A stretch of DNA of 15,655 nucleotides from Chthoniobacteraceae bacterium (GTDB taxonomy: Bacteria; Verrucomicrobiota; Verrucomicrobiia; Chthoniobacterales; Chthoniobacteraceae), in NCBI GenBank assembly GCA_031409655.1, contig JANNXQ010000186.1, positions 1-15,655 of the forward strand. Direction: 5' to 3'. The notes below the pieces were generated by a model, which was not told the origin of the DNA, did no database searches, and saw only the letters and a list, made by a program, of their open reading frames with translations. Every line of letters begins with the position of its first letter. Within the stretch, counting starts at the first letter, position 1. Below are positions 14,153-15,655 of the stretch, piece after piece. Both the position numbers and the translations under genes were made by a program.

Positions 14153-15370
14153 ATGACTAAAGGACGCCGCTTTCCCTGGCCCTGGATCATCGGGTTGGTG
14201 CTGCTCGGCGGCGCGGGTTGGGCGGGCTATCGCTGGTGGCCGCGCAGTAGCGATGGATTCACCTTCCAGACCGTCGCCGCAAAGCGCACCGACATCACCA
14301 ATGCGGTGACCGCGACTGGGACGCTCAGCGCGGTGGTCAGTGTGCAGGTGGGCAGCCAGATTTCGGGAAATATCAAGACGCTGCTCGCGGATTTCAACAC
14401 GCCGGTGAAGGCCGGTCAGGTCGTGGCGCAGCTCGACCCGGCGACGTTTGAAGCAGTGGTGAATCAAGCCCAGGGCGAGCTCGCAAATGCGCGCGCCGCG
14501 CAGGAGCTCGCGCAATTCAACGCCGCGCGGCAGCACGAACTTTCCCGCAACAAGCTCTCCACCCAGGCCGATCTCGACAAGGCGCTCGCCGAGCTGCACC
14601 AGGCCGAGGCCGCAGTGCAGATCAAGGAGGCGACGCTCAGCAAGGCGAAGATCGATCTCGCGCGCTGCACCATCGCCGCGCCGGTGGATGGAATCGTCAT
14701 CTCGCGCAATGTCGATGTCGGTCAGACGGTCGCGGCGGCGATGACCGCGCCGGTGCTCTTCACCATCGCGGGCGATCTCACGAAGATGCACATCGAGGCG
14801 AACGTCTCCGAGGCCGACATTGGCGGCATCCGCGAAGGCCTCGAGACCACTTTCACCGTCGATGCGTTCCCGGATCGCACGTTTCACGGCAAGGTGGTGC
14901 AGGTCCGCTACGCGCCGGTGACGGTGGATAATGTGGTGACCTACGTGACGGTGATCGAGGTCGCCAATCCGAAGCTCGAGCTGCGCCCCGGCATGACCGC
15001 GAACGTCTCCATCGTCCTCGCGGAGCGAAAGGGCGTGGTGGCAATTCCGAATGCCGCCTTGCGCTTCAAGCCGCCGCAAGCGGCTGGCGCCGATGGGCCG
15101 AAGCGCGGTGGTGGTGGCCCGCGCGGCGGCGGAGCGGCGGGTGCGGAGCGGGAGCGAACCGTCTATCGGCTGGAAGGTGGCGAGCCGAAGCCCTTCGAGG
15201 TCACCCTCGGCATCACCGACGCGGTCTTCACGGAAGTCATCAGTGGCGCGAACGAAGGAGATCAGATTGTCACCGGTGCAGTGTCGTCGAAGCCCGTGGC
15301 CGCAGCGCCGGCGGCGAATCCTTTCGGGGGTGGGCCTCCCCCCAGCGCGCGCCGCGGGGGCGGACCGTAG
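14153..15370 (+). CDS. Efflux periplasmic adaptor (membrane fusion) protein, MacA/HlyD-like
   Basis: N-terminal membrane anchor, ATGTLSAVVSVQVGSQISG, helical hairpin, IAAPVDGIVISRNVDVGQTV, VSEADIG and LRPGMTANV. Confidence 0.93.
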   Translation: MTKGRRFPWPWIIGLVLLGGAGWAGYRWWPRSSDGFTFQTVAAKRTDITNAVTATGTLSAVVSVQVGSQISGNIKTLLADFNTPVKAGQVVAQLDPATFEAVVNQAQGELANARAAQELAQFNAARQHELSRNKLSTQADLDKALAELHQAEAAVQIKEATLSKAKIDLARCTIAAPVDGIVISRNVDVGQTVAAAMTAPVLFTIAGDLTKMHIEANVSEADIGGIREGLETTFTVDAFPDRTFHGKVVQVRYAPVTVDNVVTYVTVIEVANPKLELRPGMTANVSIVLAERKGVVAIPNAALRFKPPQAAGADGPKRGGGGPRGGGAAGAERERTVYRLEGGEPKPFEVTLGITDAVFTEVISGANEGDQIVTGAVSSKPVAAAPAANPFGGGPPPSARRGGGP

Positions 15371-15374
15371 CGCC

Positions 15375-15655
15375 ATGGACCCGATCATCCGGCTCGAAGG
15401 GCTCGCCAAAACTTACCCCTCCGCCGGCCAGCCAGTGCTGGCAGTGCGCGGCGTCTCGCTCGAGATCGCGCGCGGGGAATTCGTCGCCATCATGGGCGCG
15501 AGCGGCTCCGGAAAATCCACGCTCATGAACATCCTCGGCTGCCTCGATCGTCCGACGGCCGGGCGCTACACCCTAGATGGACTCGATGTCTCGAACCTCA
15601 GCCGCGACGAATTTTCCGACATCCGCAACAGCCGGATCGGGTTTGTCTTTCAAGG
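15375..15655 (+). CDS. ABC transporter ATP-binding protein, MacB/LolD-like, 5' part (runs off the window edge)
   Basis: Translated manually: MDPIIRLEGLAKTY...VRGVSLEIARGEFVAIMGASGSGKSTLMNILGCLDRPTAGRY...RIGFVFQ; starts 4 nt after the adaptor stop. Confidence 0.93.
   Translation, partial: MDPIIRLEGLAKTYPSAGQPVLAVRGVSLEIARGEFVAIMGASGSGKSTLMNILGCLDRPTAGRYTLDGLDVSNLSRDEFSDIRNSRIGFVFQ

Noticed and set aside
12195..15409. Long antisense ORFs (545 aa and 613 aa) over rpoA-rplQ and the efflux adaptor
   Set aside because: Typical stop-poor shadow frames opposite strongly codon-biased genes.

Overview
GC-rich bacterial chromosomal window, most likely Verrucomicrobiota. This is inferred from the RpoA N-terminus MPVRLGRFEMPK, the secreted sulfatase, the SPINDLY-like TPR protein and the style of the intergenic repeats. 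Gene order: partial ABC-F ATPase (-), TPR/GT41 SPINDLY-like glycosyltransferase (-), secreted sulfatase (+), TlpA-like thioredoxin (-), HNH endonuclease (+), small Zn-ribbon protein and hpt (-), a tightly linked SAM methyltransferase / FAD oxidoreductase / His-motif membrane protein operon (-), xylose-isomerase-like TIM barrel (+), small secreted protein (+), rpoA-rplQ detached from rpsM-rpsK-rpsD (+), and the start of a MacAB-type efflux operon (+). Most proteins belong to ordinary families, so the more unusual signal is non-coding. It includes several inverted tandem arrays of 7-mer or 8/9-mer units, a 162-bp MITE-like element with 24-bp terminal inverted repeats, GTAG/GGAG-type REP/REPIN palindromes sharing a GGCGTCCCGCC core, and a highly structured ~200-nt leader before rpoA. 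All family assignments come from motif recognition by eye; no searches were run.
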